DNA from: Candidatus Saccharimonadota bacterium
GTDB taxonomy: Bacteria; Pseudomonadota; Gammaproteobacteria; Enterobacterales; Enterobacteriaceae
Length of the DNA: 32,000 bases
Assembly: GCF_012562765.1 (NCBI RefSeq)
Contig: NZ_CP046226.1
Span: 60,001-92,000, forward strand
Direction of reading: 5' to 3'
The notes beneath the pieces are model-generated. The model saw only the letters and a program-made list of their open reading frames with translations. It was not told where the DNA came from and searched no databases. Each line of letters starts with the position of its first letter. The first letter of the stretch is position 1. Both the position numbers and the translations under genes were made by a program. Positions 1-11,527 of the stretch are shown in pieces.

Positions 1-83
1 AATTTTTTTATATTAAAATAGATAATACTGATTGTATTTTAAATGTTAAAAAAAAAATTGAAAAGTTTTTAAAGAAAAAATAA
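1..83 (+). CDS. Possible 3' end of an unidentified upstream CDS (partial at the window edge)
   Basis: The frame starting at nt 3 stays open for 26 codons (FFYIKIDNTDCILNVKKKIEKFLKKK) to TAA at 81..83. The other two + frames hit stops within 7 codons. In DNA this A+T-rich, an open run of this length from the edge is mildly unlikely by chance. No homology is recognisable. Confidence 0.3.
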   Translation, partial: FFYIKIDNTDCILNVKKKIEKFLKKK

Positions 84-173
84 AATTTTAATTAGATGAA
101 TTAATTATTTCAGTTTATTTTTTAAAAATTTTTTAGTATAATAATATTATTTATTTTAAATGGATTATTTAAA

Positions 174-1052
174 ATGTTCACCGGAAGTATTGTAGCACTT
201 ATAACACCCATGGATATTAAAGGTAATATTTGTAAAATAAGTTTAAAAAAGATTATTGAGTACCATATCAATAATGGTACAAAAGCTATAGTTGTTATGG
301 GTACTACAGGTGAATCTGCCACATTAAATTATAATGAACATATAAAAATTATAATGTTAGCAATAGATTTTGCAAAAAATAGAATTCCCATTATAGCAGG
401 AACAGGTTTTAATTCAACATCAAAATGTATATCAATTACATCAAAATTAGAAAATTCAGGAATTATAGGATGTTTAAGTGTAACTCCATATTATAATCGT
501 CCTACACAAGAAGGTTTATATCAACATTTTAAAACTATTGCAAATAATACTAAATTACCACAAATATTATATAATGTTCCAATTAGAACTGGTTGTGATT
601 TATTACCAAAAACAATAGGACGTTTATCTAAAATAAAAAATATAATTGGTGTCAAAGAAGCAACTGGAAATTTATCACGTATATATCAAATTAAAAGATT
701 AGTTCATGATTCTTTTTATTTAATTAGTGGAGATGATTCAACTGCTTTAGAATTTATGAAATTAGGTGGTCATGGAATTATTTCTGTTACAGCTAATATT
801 GCTGCTTTAGAAATGAGTAAATTTTGTGATTATATAAAAAAAAATCAATGGAAAAAAGCAGAGATATTAAATGAACATTTAATAAATTTACATAATAAAT
901 TATTTATAGAACCTAATCCAATACCTATAAAGTGGGCTGCTAAAAGAATTGGATTAATATATAATGATACAATGAGATTACCTATGACTCCAATTTCCGA
1001 TAAAAATAAAATTATAATAGAAAAAATATTAAAACAACTAAAATTAATATAA
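174..1052 (+). CDS. dapA: 4-hydroxy-tetrahydrodipicolinate synthase
   Basis: 292-aa ORF, the same length as E. coli DapA. It has the N-terminus [13 protein letters not shown], the GTTGES block and GVKEATG (Schiff-base lysine context). Confidence 0.95.
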   Translation: MFTGSIVALITPMDIKGNICKISLKKIIEYHINNGTKAIVVMGTTGESATLNYNEHIKIIMLAIDFAKNRIPIIAGTGFNSTSKCISITSKLENSGIIGCLSVTPYYNRPTQEGLYQHFKTIANNTKLPQILYNVPIRTGCDLLPKTIGRLSKIKNIIGVKEATGNLSRIYQIKRLVHDSFYLISGDDSTALEFMKLGGHGIISVTANIAALEMSKFCDYIKKNQWKKAEILNEHLINLHNKLFIEPNPIPIKWAAKRIGLIYNDTMRLPMTPISDKNKIIIEKILKQLKLI

Positions 1053-3113
1053 TTGCTCAATATTAATTATTTTTAATAAAAAATTATTAATTTTATTAAG
1101 TAGAGTAATTCTATTTGTTTTTATTTCTATATTATTAATATTTACTATTACATTTTTAAAAAAATTATTTATAGGATAATATAATTCTGATAATATTAAT
1201 AGAATATTATAATATTCATTATTTTTTATTTTTAATAAAAAAATTTTAGATAGTTTCAATAAATGATTATATAATATAATCTCTTCTTTTTCTTTTAAAA
1301 GAACAACATTTATTTTTTCATAAATAAAAGATTGATTTTTTAATAAAATTTTATTTATTCTTTTATAAGTATCAATTAAAAGTTTACTCTGTTTTTTTTC
1401 ATTTTTAAAAAATAGACTTAATGTTTTTATTTTTATATCTAATATTAATGGTTTATTAATAATATTTGTTAAAACAGCTTGAATAATATTTTTTTCATAT
1501 CCTAGTGATATATACCAATTTTTACATCTATTAATTATAAATTTCATTAAATCATTAATAATGTTACTATTAATAAAATTTATTTTATATAAAGAAATAG
1601 ATTTTTTGATTAATTTTAATAAATTTAAATTTAATTTATTATTAATAATAATTTTTATTATTACTAATGTAATTCTTTTTAATGCAAATGGATCCTTATT
1701 ACTTTTAGGAAATAAAGAAAGTCCAAAAATACCAACTAAAGTATCAATTTTATCTGATAAAAATAATACACAAGAAGTTAAATTATTAGGTATTTTATCA
1801 TTAAATTTATATTGATATTGTTCTTTTATAGAGATACAAACATCTATATTTTCTCCATTATATTTTGCATAATACATACCAATAATACCTTGTAATTCAG
1901 GAAACTCCTGAACCATTGTTGTAGCTAAATCACATTTAGATAGTTCACTAGCTCTAATACAATTATTTATATTAGCTTTTAATTTAATTGCTATATATTT
2001 AGATAATTTTTTTAAACGTATAGTTTTATCTAATAAATTACCTAAATTTTTTTGAAAAATAATGTTTTTTAAATCATTTAAATATTCTTCAAATTTTTTT
2101 TTACAATCAGTTTTAAAAAAAAATTGTGCATCTTCAAATCTTGATTTAATTACTTTTTCATTTCCTTTGATAATTAAATTATTATCATGAGATTCAACAT
2201 TCGATATAAAAATAAAATTTGGTAAAAGATTATGGTTTGTATCATATAAAGGAATATATTTTTGATATTTTATCATAATATATTCTAATATTTCATATGG
2301 TAAAAATAAAAATTTAGAATTAAATGAAGCTGATAATATAACTGGCCATTCTACCATAGACGTTAATTCATCTAAAAAATTAGAAGATAAATTTATTGAT
2401 CCATTTAAAGAATAAGCAATTTTTTTTATATTATTTAATATTTTATTTTTACGTTTAAAAAAATCAACAATAACATTTCCTTTATCTAAAAGATATTTTT
2501 CATATTGATTAGCATGATCTAAAATAATTTTAGATTTTCCCATAAAACGATGTCCATTTATGATTTTACTAGATTTTATATTTAAAATATTAATTTTTAT
2601 ATTTTTATTTCCTAAAAAAACTGTTATTTTTCTTATAGGTCTAATAAATTTTAGACTATATTTATTTTTAATATTCCAATACATTAAATTAGGCATAGAA
2701 AAATTAGTTAAAGAATTTATTATCATTTTTGTTAATAAATATTTAATATTTACTCCTTTAACTTGTTTATTATAAAATAAATAATTATTTTTTAATAGAA
2801 TTTTATTTGTATCTTCAATTTGATATTTTTTAATCCAGTATTTTACAATATCTATTGATAATAGATCTTTATTATAATTAGATATATTTGGTCCTTTTAT
2901 TTTAAATATATAATCTATTTGTATTATATTTAAATAATATACTTGAATTGTAATTCTTCTAGAAGTAGCAAACCATATAATTTTTTTATATAAAAAATGA
3001 TTTTTTTTTAATTCATTTTTAAAATTAATAAAAATTATTTTTACTGTTTTTAATAAATATTTAGAAGGAATATCTTCTATACTAATTTCTAATAATAAAG
3101 TTTCTTTTTTCAT
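1044..3113 (-). CDS. glyS: Glycine--tRNA ligase beta subunit
   Basis: 689-aa ORF, the same length as E. coli GlyS, lying 26 bp downstream of glyQ on the same strand. Conserved blocks WFATSRR, GHRFMG and VEWPV sit in an otherwise K/N/I-drifted sequence. Confidence 0.94.
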   Translation of the reverse strand: MKKETLLLEISIEDIPSKYLLKTVKIIFINFKNELKKNHFLYKKIIWFATSRRITIQVYYLNIIQIDYIFKIKGPNISNYNKDLLSIDIVKYWIKKYQIEDTNKILLKNNYLFYNKQVKGVNIKYLLTKMIINSLTNFSMPNLMYWNIKNKYSLKFIRPIRKITVFLGNKNIKINILNIKSSKIINGHRFMGKSKIILDHANQYEKYLLDKGNVIVDFFKRKNKILNNIKKIAYSLNGSINLSSNFLDELTSMVEWPVILSASFNSKFLFLPYEILEYIMIKYQKYIPLYDTNHNLLPNFIFISNVESHDNNLIIKGNEKVIKSRFEDAQFFFKTDCKKKFEEYLNDLKNIIFQKNLGNLLDKTIRLKKLSKYIAIKLKANINNCIRASELSKCDLATTMVQEFPELQGIIGMYYAKYNGENIDVCISIKEQYQYKFNDKIPNNLTSCVLFLSDKIDTLVGIFGLSLFPKSNKDPFALKRITLVIIKIIINNKLNLNLLKLIKKSISLYKINFINSNIINDLMKFIINRCKNWYISLGYEKNIIQAVLTNIINKPLILDIKIKTLSLFFKNEKKQSKLLIDTYKRINKILLKNQSFIYEKINVVLLKEKEEIILYNHLLKLSKIFLLKIKNNEYYNILLILSELYYPINNFFKNVIVNINNIEIKTNRITLLNKINNFLLKIINIEQLY

Positions 3114-3139
3114 AATAAATAATATTTCCTATTTTAAGG

Positions 3140-4018
3140 TTATTTAATATAATTATAATATTTTTTAACTACTAATTTAGTCATATTTCTTAATTTCAAA
3201 ATATATCTTTGTCTTTCAGTATTAGATAAAAACCTACGAGATTCTAATAAATTAAAACAATGAGAAGCTTTTAAAACTTTATCATAAGCTGGAAAGATTA
3301 ATGGATTTTTTAAATTTAATAAAAATGTAACTTCTTTTTCATAATGTTGAAAACAATTTATAAGAAATTCAATATTAGCATAATTAAAATTATAATCAGA
3401 TTGTTCTAATTCATTCTGTTTTAAAATATCACCATAAGTTACTAAATTATTTTTATTTTGACTCCATACTAAATTAAAAATATCTTCTACTTGTTGTATA
3501 TGCATACCTAAACGTTCTAAACCATAAGTAATTTCTCCTGTAACTGGATTACATGATAAACCTCCAATTCGTTGAAAATATGTGAATTGACTTATTTCCA
3601 TTCCATTTATCCATATTTCCCATCCTACTCCACTAGCTCCTAATGTAGGATTTTCCCAATTATCTTCTACAAAACGAATATCATTTTCAATAAAATTTAA
3701 TCGTAATACTTTTAATGATTTTAAATATAATTCTTGAATATTACTTGGAGGTGGTTTCATTATAACTTGAAATTGATAATATTGTTGTAATCTATTAGGA
3801 TGTTGTCCATATCTGCCATCACAAGGTCTTCTAGATAATTGTATATATGCAATTTTTTTAATTTCAGGACCTATAGCATATAAACATGTCATTGGATGTG
3901 AAGTACCTGCACCAACTTCAGTATCAATTGGTTGTAGGATACAACATCCTTGTTTAGACCAATATTTTTGTAAAATAAATATCATTCCTTCAAAAGTTTT
4001 TTCATCAAATTTTTTCAT
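3140..4018 (-). CDS. glyQ: Glycine--tRNA ligase alpha subunit
   Basis: 292-aa ORF that aligns strongly to E. coli GlyQ ([45 protein letters not shown]). Confidence 0.97.
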   Translation of the reverse strand: MKKFDEKTFEGMIFILQKYWSKQGCCILQPIDTEVGAGTSHPMTCLYAIGPEIKKIAYIQLSRRPCDGRYGQHPNRLQQYYQFQVIMKPPPSNIQELYLKSLKVLRLNFIENDIRFVEDNWENPTLGASGVGWEIWINGMEISQFTYFQRIGGLSCNPVTGEITYGLERLGMHIQQVEDIFNLVWSQNKNNLVTYGDILKQNELEQSDYNFNYANIEFLINCFQHYEKEVTFLLNLKNPLIFPAYDKVLKASHCFNLLESRRFLSNTERQRYILKLRNMTKLVVKKYYNYIK

Positions 4019-4195
4019 TTTATTTTTATATTTTATAAGTTAATTTATATAATTAATTTTAAATTTTAATAATTTATTTAAACAAAATTTTTAATTTAAC
4101 ATATTTATTATAGAATAAATATTAATGTTAAAGTAAACTATAATTATAATAATATTTATTAATTTTAATCTATAAAACTTATAAAATTAATAAGG

Positions 4196-5137
4196 ATGAA
4201 AATAAACATGAATGTTAAAGTTAAAAAAATAATTAAAAAAAATCAATATACTAATTTAGTTACTAAAGCAACAAGTTTAGCTATTTTACTATCTTTAACA
4301 TTATTAATATTAAAAATATGGGCTTGGTGGTATACAAAATCTATTAGTATGTTAGCTGCTTGTATTGATTCTTTAGTAGATATTACTTCTTCAACAATTA
4401 ATTTATTTATTGTATTTTATTCTTTACAACCAGCGGATTCAGATCATACTTTTGGTCATGGTAAAGCTGAAGCATTATCAGCTTTAGCACAAAGTATGTT
4501 TATTTCAAGTACTACTTTATTTCTGTGTTTGAATAGTATTAAATATTTATCAAATCCTGAAAAACTGCATTATCCAGTAATTGGAATATTAGTAATAATA
4601 ATTTCATTTTTTTTAACTTTAATATTAGTTTTATTTCAAAGAAAGGTTATCCATAAAACAAATAGTCAAGCAACACATGCTGATATGATACATTATGAAT
4701 CAGATATATTAATTAATAGTGCTATTTTAATTGCTTTATTTTTAAATAATTATGGAATACATAGAGCAGATTCAATAATAGCATTAATAATAAGTTTATT
4801 TATTTTTTATAATGCATTTAAAGTTGGATATAAAGCTATTCAATCATTATTAGATCGAGCTTTACCTAATACAGAAAAAAATATAATAATTAATTTAATT
4901 AGTTCATGGCCAGGAGTAAAAGGTGCACATCAATTAAAAACCAGAAAATCAGGTCCAACACGTTTTATTCAATTACATTTAGTATTAGATGATTATTTAC
5001 CTCTATTAGAATCACATTATATTGCAGAACAAATAGAAATAGCTTTAAATAAAAAATTTCCTAATTCAGATATTATAATACATCAAGATCCATATTCTAT
5101 TGTTTCTAAAAAATATAAAGGATATTTTAAAAATTAA
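4196..5137 (+). CDS. fieF: Cation-diffusion-facilitator metal efflux protein (FieF/YiiP family)
   Basis: 313-aa ORF collinear with E. coli FieF (IKIFAWWYT-like LKIWAWWYT, YSLQPADSDHTFGHGKAEALSALAQSMFIS, RKSGPTRFIQLHL, IIHQDP). It is adjacent to pfkA, as in E. coli. The start is ambiguous: ATG 4196 directly abuts the AAGGA, and ATG 4208 is an alternative. Confidence 0.9.
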   Translation: MKINMNVKVKKIIKKNQYTNLVTKATSLAILLSLTLLILKIWAWWYTKSISMLAACIDSLVDITSSTINLFIVFYSLQPADSDHTFGHGKAEALSALAQSMFISSTTLFLCLNSIKYLSNPEKLHYPVIGILVIIISFFLTLILVLFQRKVIHKTNSQATHADMIHYESDILINSAILIALFLNNYGIHRADSIIALIISLFIFYNAFKVGYKAIQSLLDRALPNTEKNIIINLISSWPGVKGAHQLKTRKSGPTRFIQLHLVLDDYLPLLESHYIAEQIEIALNKKFPNSDIIIHQDPYSIVSKKYKGYFKN

Positions 5138-5172
5138 TAGATTAATTTTAAATTTAAAATAATGAGATTTAA

Positions 5173-6135
5173 ATGATTAATAAAATAGGTATTCTTACTA
5201 GTGGTGGTGATTCTCCAGGAATGAATGCTGCTATTCGTGGAGTTGTAAGAACAGCAATAGGTAATAATATTGAAGTATTTGGAATATATGACGGATATTT
5301 AGGTTTATATAAAAATAATATAAAAAAATTAAATAGACATAGTGTATCAGATATTATTAATAGAGGAGGAACTTTTTTGGGTTCAGCAAGATTTCCTCAA
5401 TTTAAAAATTTTAAAATACGTAAATTAGCAATTCAAAATATGGAATATTATGGTATTAATGCTTTAGTAGTTATTGGTGGTGATGGTTCTTATATGGGTG
5501 CAAAATCTTTGACAGAAATGGGATTTCCATGTATTGGAATACCAGGAACAATTGATAATGATGTAGCAGGAACAGATTATAGTATTGGATATTTTACAGC
5601 ATTAGAAACTATTGTTCAAGCTATTGATCGTTTAAGGGATACTTCTTCATCTCATCAACGTATATCAATAGTAGAAATAATGGGAAGATATTGTGGAGAT
5701 TTAACTTTAGCAGCTGCTATTGCTGGAGGATGCGAATTTATTGTTATACCTGAAATTATTTATAATCAAAATGATTTAGTTAACGAAATTAAATTAGGAA
5801 TAGACAAAGGTAAAAAGCATGCTATAGTGTTGATAACAGAATATATTTGTAATATTAATAAATTAGCAAAATTTATTGAAACAAAAATAAAACGAGAAAC
5901 AAGAACTACTGTTTTAGGTCATATTCAAAGAGGTGGATCTCCTGTTGCTTATGATCGTATTTTAGCTTCTCGTATGGGTGCTTATTCAGTAGAATTATTA
6001 TCTAAAGGATATGGTGGTAGATGCGTAGGAGTTATAAATGATAAAATGGTTCATCATGATATTATTTATGCAATAAAAAAAATGCAAAGAGTTTTTAAAA
6101 GTGATTTATTAGATACAGCAAAAAAATTATATTAA
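5173..6135 (+). CDS. pfkA: ATP-dependent 6-phosphofructokinase
   Basis: 320-aa ORF, the same length as E. coli PfkA, with the motifs [18 protein letters not shown]-like, [14 protein letters not shown] and MGRYCGDL. Confidence 0.97.
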   Translation: MINKIGILTSGGDSPGMNAAIRGVVRTAIGNNIEVFGIYDGYLGLYKNNIKKLNRHSVSDIINRGGTFLGSARFPQFKNFKIRKLAIQNMEYYGINALVVIGGDGSYMGAKSLTEMGFPCIGIPGTIDNDVAGTDYSIGYFTALETIVQAIDRLRDTSSSHQRISIVEIMGRYCGDLTLAAAIAGGCEFIVIPEIIYNQNDLVNEIKLGIDKGKKHAIVLITEYICNINKLAKFIETKIKRETRTTVLGHIQRGGSPVAYDRILASRMGAYSVELLSKGYGGRCVGVINDKMVHHDIIYAIKKMQRVFKSDLLDTAKKLY

Positions 6136-6169
6136 ATTTAAGTTTTATAAATAATTATTTGAGAAAAAA

Positions 6170-6463
6170 ATGAATAAAATAAAAATTTTTAAAAGAAAAA
6201 TAACAGGAAAAAAATCAAATAAATTATTACGGATCAATGATAAAATACCAGCAATAATATATGGAAATAAAAAAAAAGAAATACCTATTTTTATTAATAG
6301 TAAAGATTTATTAAATATAAATAATGATTTATTAAATAATAAATATAAAATAATACAATTAATAAATGAAAAAAACGAACTAATTAGAGTTAAAATTTCA
6401 GATATTCAATATCATCCGTTTAAATTAACAAAAATTTATCATATAGATTTTTTACGATTATAA
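6170..6463 (+). CDS. rplY: 50S ribosomal protein L25
   Basis: 97-aa ORF with the short enterobacterial L25 architecture (KIPAIIYG..., IQYHPFK...HIDFLR matching E. coli ...FPAIIYG..., VQRHPYK..HIDFVR). Confidence 0.85.
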   Translation: MNKIKIFKRKITGKKSNKLLRINDKIPAIIYGNKKKEIPIFINSKDLLNINNDLLNNKYKIIQLINEKNELIRVKISDIQYHPFKLTKIYHIDFLRL

Positions 6464-6495
6464 ATAATTTTTAAAAACATAATAATATATATTTT

Positions 6496-7272
6496 TTATA
6501 ATCCTAATACATCACACATATCATATATTCCTTTTTTCTTAAAATGAGAAATCCATATAGCAGCTTGTATGGCTCCCGTTGCAAAAGGTATTCTATTAGA
6601 AGCTTTATGTATTAATTCAATTTGTTCTCCTATAGAAGAAAAAATTATCTGATGTTCTCCATAAATATCACCAGCTCTTATAGAATGACAATTAACTTTT
6701 TGAGAATTTTTGTGATTAAAAAATTTTTGAATAATATTTTTCATTGATATTGCTGTTCCTGAAGGACAATCTATTTTGTTTTTATGATGTTTTTCAATAA
6801 TATCAATATTTAAAGTATTGTTTTGTTTATTAAAAATTTTAGACATATATTTTAATATTTTAAATAATATATTAATTCCTGTACTAAAATTAGATGACAT
6901 AACAATTCCAATTTTATTAGATAATTTTTTTATTTCTATTTTTTCTTTTTCAGAAAAACCAGTTGTTCCAATTACGATATTTTTATTATATTGATTACAA
7001 ATATTAACATATTTTAATGTTGCTTTTGGATTTGTAAAATCAATTAACGTATCAAAATCATTAATTATATCCATAATATTATCTTTTATATTTAAATTAT
7101 ATAATATATTTTTAGATATATATTTAATATTAGTATTAATATTTAAAGATTTTTTAGATTCTAAAACTGCATTTAAAGTAAAATTATATTTATCTTGATT
7201 TATAATTTTTAATAAAGTTTTTCCCATACGTCCATTAATACCAGATATAGCTAAACGAATTTTATTATTCAT
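6496..7272 (-). CDS. dapB: 4-hydroxy-tetrahydrodipicolinate reductase
   Basis: 258-aa ORF with N-terminal GINGRMGK (NAD(P)-binding), GTTGF and the signature IEKHHKNKIDCPSGTA. Confidence 0.93.
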   Translation of the reverse strand: MNNKIRLAISGINGRMGKTLLKIINQDKYNFTLNAVLESKKSLNINTNIKYISKNILYNLNIKDNIMDIINDFDTLIDFTNPKATLKYVNICNQYNKNIVIGTTGFSEKEKIEIKKLSNKIGIVMSSNFSTGINILFKILKYMSKIFNKQNNTLNIDIIEKHHKNKIDCPSGTAISMKNIIQKFFNHKNSQKVNCHSIRAGDIYGEHQIIFSSIGEQIELIHKASNRIPFATGAIQAAIWISHFKKKGIYDMCDVLGL

Positions 7273-7326
7273 TTTATCACAACCTATTTATAAATATAAT
7301 TATTATTAAAATAATAATTTTAAAAT

Positions 7327-7788
7327 TTAAGTTCTATACAACATATATTTAATAATTAAAAATATTATACCAATAAATATTGATATATCTGCTAAATTAA
7401 AAATAGGATAATGTAAATTACCTATATGTACATCAATAAAATCTATAACAAAACCATTAATAACTCGATTAATAAAATTTCCTAATGATCCAGCAATAAT
7501 TAAACTATTAATAAAATTAATAGATTTTTTTCTTATATTTATATAATAAAATAAAATTAAAACTAAAATATTAATAAATAAAATAATTAAATTATATTTA
7601 TGATTACAAAACATTCCTAGTATTATACCATAATTATTGATATAATATAAATTTAAATAAGAATTAATATAATACGACTTATATAAATGTAAATATTTAA
7701 AAATAAAAAATTTACTAATTAAATCAATGGATAGGATTATCCATATAATTATTATATTTATAAAATTATTCATTTTAAATTGTTTCAT
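7327..7788 (-). CDS. lspA: Lipoprotein signal peptidase (signal peptidase II)
   Basis: 153-aa polytopic membrane ORF immediately downstream of ileS, as in E. coli. Conserved blocks are NYG, GSLGNFINR, VIDFID and FNLADISI (catalytic Asp contexts). Confidence 0.88.
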   Translation of the reverse strand: MKQFKMNNFINIIIIWIILSIDLISKFFIFKYLHLYKSYYINSYLNLYYINNYGIILGMFCNHKYNLIILFINILVLILFYYINIRKKSINFINSLIIAGSLGNFINRVINGFVIDFIDVHIGNLHYPIFNLADISIFIGIIFLIIKYMLYRT

Positions 7789-7814
7789 AAATTTTATTTA
7801 AACAATATTTAGTA

Positions 7815-10592
7815 TTAAATAAATAAACGTGTTTCACCATTACCTTTAATATTTTTTATACAACGGTAACAAATATTATTTGTAAGTTCTATATAATAAT
7901 ACCAACATCTTGAACATTTTTTTCCTATAGCTTTTGTAATTTTAAATTTACTTATTAATGTATTATTATAATTTTTTGTAGATTGTATAATAGTAATAGA
8001 AGAAACTAATAAAAAAAAACGTAATTCATTACTTAATAATAATAATTTTGTATAAATATTTTTATTTAAATATAAAATAATATTAGCTTCTAAAGAACTA
8101 CCTATAATATTTTTTTCTCTTGCTTGTTCAATAATTTTATTTACTTCTATTTTAAATTTAAATAAATCATTCCAATAATTATTATTCATAATTTCATATG
8201 AAGATAATTCAAATAATCCAGAATACCATTCTTCTGTAAATACATATTTTGATTTCGTACCAGGAATATAATTCCAAATTTCATCTGCTGTAAAAGATAA
8301 TATAGGAGCAATCCACCTTACTAAAGCTTCAATTATTAAATATAATGCAGTTTGACAACTTAATCTAGCTATACTATCTTTTTTAAAGGTGTATTGTCTA
8401 TCTTTAATAATTTCTAAATAAAAAGAACCCATATCTATGGAACAAAATTGTACTATTTCCTTTATTACATTTTTAATATTATATTTATTATAATTACTTA
8501 CTATATTATTTTGTATTAATTTAGCTTTATTTACAGCCCATTTGTCTAATATCAACATATTTTCTGCTTTTAATATATCTTTTTCAGGAATAAATCCATC
8601 TAAATTAGCTAATAAGAATCTTGCTGTATTACGAATTCTTCTATAAATTTCTGTAGTTTTATTTAAAATATTTTCAGAAATACAAATTTCATTAGAATAA
8701 TCAGTTGATGCTACCCATAATCTTAGTATATCACTACCTAATGAATTTACTATTTTTTGTGGATGAATAATATTTCCTAAAGATTTAGACATTTTTTTAC
8801 CTTGACTATCTACAGTAAATCCATGACTAATTACTGTTTTATAAGGAGATTGATTATTTATTGACGTAGAAATTATTAAGGAAGCAATAAACCAACCTCT
8901 ATATTGATCAGATCCTTCTAAATACATATCAATTTTTTTTTTATTTAAGTATTTTATATTTTCAATTACTGAATTATAAGTAGATCCAGAATCAAACCAA
9001 ACATCTAATACATCTAATACTTTTTCATAATTATTTGCATCTATACCTAAAAAATCTTTTTTATCTAAATCCCACCATGATTGTATACCTTTTTTTTCTA
9101 TAATTTTTGCTATTGATTCTATAAAATTAATAGAATTATCATGTATTTTTTGTGTTTTTTTATTTATAAATAATGGTATTGGTATACCCCAAAAACGTTG
9201 GCGAGATATACACCAATCTGGTCTATTAATTAACATAGTATGCATTCTATTAAATCCCCAATTAGGTATCCATGATACTTTCTTTATTGCATTTAACGCT
9301 AAATTTCTAAGATTATTTTTATCCATACTAATAAACCATTGAGGTGTAGCTTTAAAAATTACAGGTATTTTATGACGCCAACAATAAGGATAACTATGTA
9401 AGTAATTTTCTGATAAAAATAATGAATTATTTTTAAATAAAATTAATTGAATTATTTTTTCAGAATTAAATATATTAACATTATCTAAATTAGGATGAAT
9501 TCCTTTAATATAAAATCCTTTCTTATTAATTATATTTACTCCTTTAATATTATTTTTATTACATATATTATAATCATCTAAACCATGATTTGGAGCAATA
9601 TGAACAATTCCTGTACCTGAGTATTCTGAAATATAATTAGTAATAATTAATGATGAAACATTATTATTAATAGGATTATATAAAAAAATTTTTTTAAAAG
9701 AACTACCTTTTATTTCTCCTAATATATTCCAAAATATTATTTTGGCTTTTTGCATTATATTTTTAACTAGATTTTTAGCAATAATTATGATTTCATTATT
9801 AATTTTAACTAATTGATAAATAATATTAGGATGTATTGCTATAGCTTTATTAGCAGGTATTGTCCATGGTGTTGTTGTCCATATTAGTAGCGAAATATTA
9901 AGATTATTTTTTATATTACAATAATTTTTAATAAAATTAGTATCAATAATTTTAAATTTAATATATAAAGATAATGATTTTTTATTTATATAATCTACTT
10001 CAGCTTCGGCTAAAGAAGAACAACAAGAAATACACCAATGTACTGGTTTTTCTCCTTTATATATATGATTATTTTGTAATATTTTACTAAATGTTCTAAT
10101 AATATTAGCCTCTGTTTTAAAATCCATAGTTAAATATGGATTTTTCCAGTCAGCTAAAATTCCTAATCTAATAAAATCTTTTTTTTGTTTTTTTATTTGT
10201 TTTAATGCATATTTTCTACATTCTAATCTTAATTGAGATTTAGAAAAATTTTTATTTAATATTTTTAATTTTTGTTCTACCTTTTGTTCTATAGGTAAAC
10301 CATGACAATCCCATCCAGGAATAAATGGAGAATTATATCCATCCATATTTTTTGATTTAATAATAATATCTTTTAAAATTTTATTAAAAGCATGACCAAT
10401 ATGTATATCTCCATTAGCATATGGTGGACCATCATGTAAAATAAATATTTTATTTTCTTTTTTAGAATTAAGTATTCTTTGATATAAATTATCTTTTTTC
10501 CATTTTTCTAATATAATTAGTTCATTAATAGAAAGATTTGCTTTCATCGGAAATTTAGTTTTTGGTAAATTTAAATTAAATTTATTTTTCAT
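7815..10592 (-). CDS. ileS: Isoleucine--tRNA ligase
   Basis: 925-aa ORF with the class I signatures HIGHAFN and KMSKS, an editing-domain insert and a C-terminal Cys cluster (CSRCW...CYRC). Confidence 0.97.
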   Translation of the reverse strand: MKNKFNLNLPKTKFPMKANLSINELIILEKWKKDNLYQRILNSKKENKIFILHDGPPYANGDIHIGHAFNKILKDIIIKSKNMDGYNSPFIPGWDCHGLPIEQKVEQKLKILNKNFSKSQLRLECRKYALKQIKKQKKDFIRLGILADWKNPYLTMDFKTEANIIRTFSKILQNNHIYKGEKPVHWCISCCSSLAEAEVDYINKKSLSLYIKFKIIDTNFIKNYCNIKNNLNISLLIWTTTPWTIPANKAIAIHPNIIYQLVKINNEIIIIAKNLVKNIMQKAKIIFWNILGEIKGSSFKKIFLYNPINNNVSSLIITNYISEYSGTGIVHIAPNHGLDDYNICNKNNIKGVNIINKKGFYIKGIHPNLDNVNIFNSEKIIQLILFKNNSLFLSENYLHSYPYCWRHKIPVIFKATPQWFISMDKNNLRNLALNAIKKVSWIPNWGFNRMHTMLINRPDWCISRQRFWGIPIPLFINKKTQKIHDNSINFIESIAKIIEKKGIQSWWDLDKKDFLGIDANNYEKVLDVLDVWFDSGSTYNSVIENIKYLNKKKIDMYLEGSDQYRGWFIASLIISTSINNQSPYKTVISHGFTVDSQGKKMSKSLGNIIHPQKIVNSLGSDILRLWVASTDYSNEICISENILNKTTEIYRRIRNTARFLLANLDGFIPEKDILKAENMLILDKWAVNKAKLIQNNIVSNYNKYNIKNVIKEIVQFCSIDMGSFYLEIIKDRQYTFKKDSIARLSCQTALYLIIEALVRWIAPILSFTADEIWNYIPGTKSKYVFTEEWYSGLFELSSYEIMNNNYWNDLFKFKIEVNKIIEQAREKNIIGSSLEANIILYLNKNIYTKLLLLSNELRFFLLVSSITIIQSTKNYNNTLISKFKITKAIGKKCSRCWYYYIELTNNICYRCIKNIKGNGETRLFI

Positions 10593-10847
10593 ATTATAAA
10601 TATTTCCTTAAAAAATATATGTATATGTATAATTTATAAAAAATTACTTAATAATAAATATATTATTTATAAAAATTTTAATGAATATATAATATATATT
10701 AATATTGAAATTAAAATAAAAATATAATTAATAAAAATTAATTTTATTAAAATTAATTTTTTAGATATACTAAAATAAAATTTAGATTATTTTAAAAATT
10801 ATATTTGTTTTATAGTAAAAATCAAATTAATTATTAAAGGATATGAA

Positions 10848-11111
10848 ATGGCTAATATTAAATCATCTAAGAAAAGAATTATTAAATCTGAAAAACAAAG
10901 AAAACATAATATAAGTTATCGTTCAATGTTACGTACTTTTATAAAAAAAGTAAAAAATGCATTATTAACAAAAAATAAAAATTTAATACAAAAAGAATTT
11001 AAACAAATGCAATCTATTATTGATAAACAAGTAAATCGTGGTTTAATACATAAAAATAAAGCTTCACGTTATAAATCAAGATTATATTCTAAAATATGTA
11101 ATATTATTTAA
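10848..11111 (+). CDS. rpsT: 30S ribosomal protein S20
   Basis: 87-aa ORF starting [10 protein letters not shown], the same length as E. coli S20. It is divergent from ileS, as in E. coli. Confidence 0.93.
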   Translation: MANIKSSKKRIIKSEKQRKHNISYRSMLRTFIKKVKNALLTKNKNLIQKEFKQMQSIIDKQVNRGLIHKNKASRYKSRLYSKICNII

Positions 11112-11122
11112 TATATTATAAA

Positions 11123-11470
11123 ATGAAAAATAATTTAATAAATCCACCAATAAAAATTACAAAAATAGCTACTAATAAAATAAAAAGTTTTATTTCAAAA
11201 AAAAATAATAAAAAAATTAATTTTAGAATATTTATAGTTGGAGGGGGATGTAACGGATTTAAATATGAATTTATGTTAGATGAAATAATTAATAAAAAAG
11301 ATATAATAATTAACTTATTCGAATGTTCTATTATAATAGATCCAATTAGCATGCAATATTTATTTGGAAGTATAATTGATTATATTGAAAATATAGAAGG
11401 ATCAAAATTTATTATTCGTAATCCTCAAGCAAAAACAACTTGTAATTGTGGTTCTTCTTTTGACATTTAA
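11123..11470 (+). CDS. erpA: Iron-sulfur cluster insertion protein, A-type carrier (ErpA/YadR)
   Basis: 115-aa ORF collinear with E. coli ErpA (GGGCNGFKYEF, DPISMQYL, and the C-terminal CNCGSSF cluster-ligand motif). Confidence 0.9.
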   Translation: MKNNLINPPIKITKIATNKIKSFISKKNNKKINFRIFIVGGGCNGFKYEFMLDEIINKKDIIINLFECSIIIDPISMQYLFGSIIDYIENIEGSKFIIRNPQAKTTCNCGSSFDI

Positions 11471-11527
11471 TAATCATTATTTAAAATTTTATAAATTATT
11501 TGAATATTATTATAAAGGTAATAATGT

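Noticed and set aside
122-322. 66-aa ORF on the - strand overlapping the dapA start
   Set aside because: It is antisense to the strongly supported dapA. The composition is hydrophobic and low-complexity, as expected for the reverse frame of an A/T-rich gene, and it has no recognisable homology.
845-1060. 71-aa ORF on the - strand inside the dapA 3' end
   Set aside because: It is a shadow ORF antisense to dapA, in a different frame from the glyS C-terminus it overlaps, and has no conserved motifs.
1561-2775. Two + strand ORFs (1561..1815 and 2560..2775) inside glyS
   Set aside because: Both are antisense to the full-length, correctly sized glyS. They are Leu/Ile/Phe-rich sequences of the kind produced by reading AAA/AAT-rich codons backwards.
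10613-10630. Short tandem TATATG-TATATG-TATA in the ileS/rpsT spacer
   Set aside because: There are only about 2.5 copies of a 6-mer made of the commonest dinucleotides. This is expected by chance.
11116-11352. 78-aa - strand ORF overlapping erpA
   Set aside because: It is antisense to erpA, which has clear A-type carrier motifs. The translation is low-complexity I/L/F.
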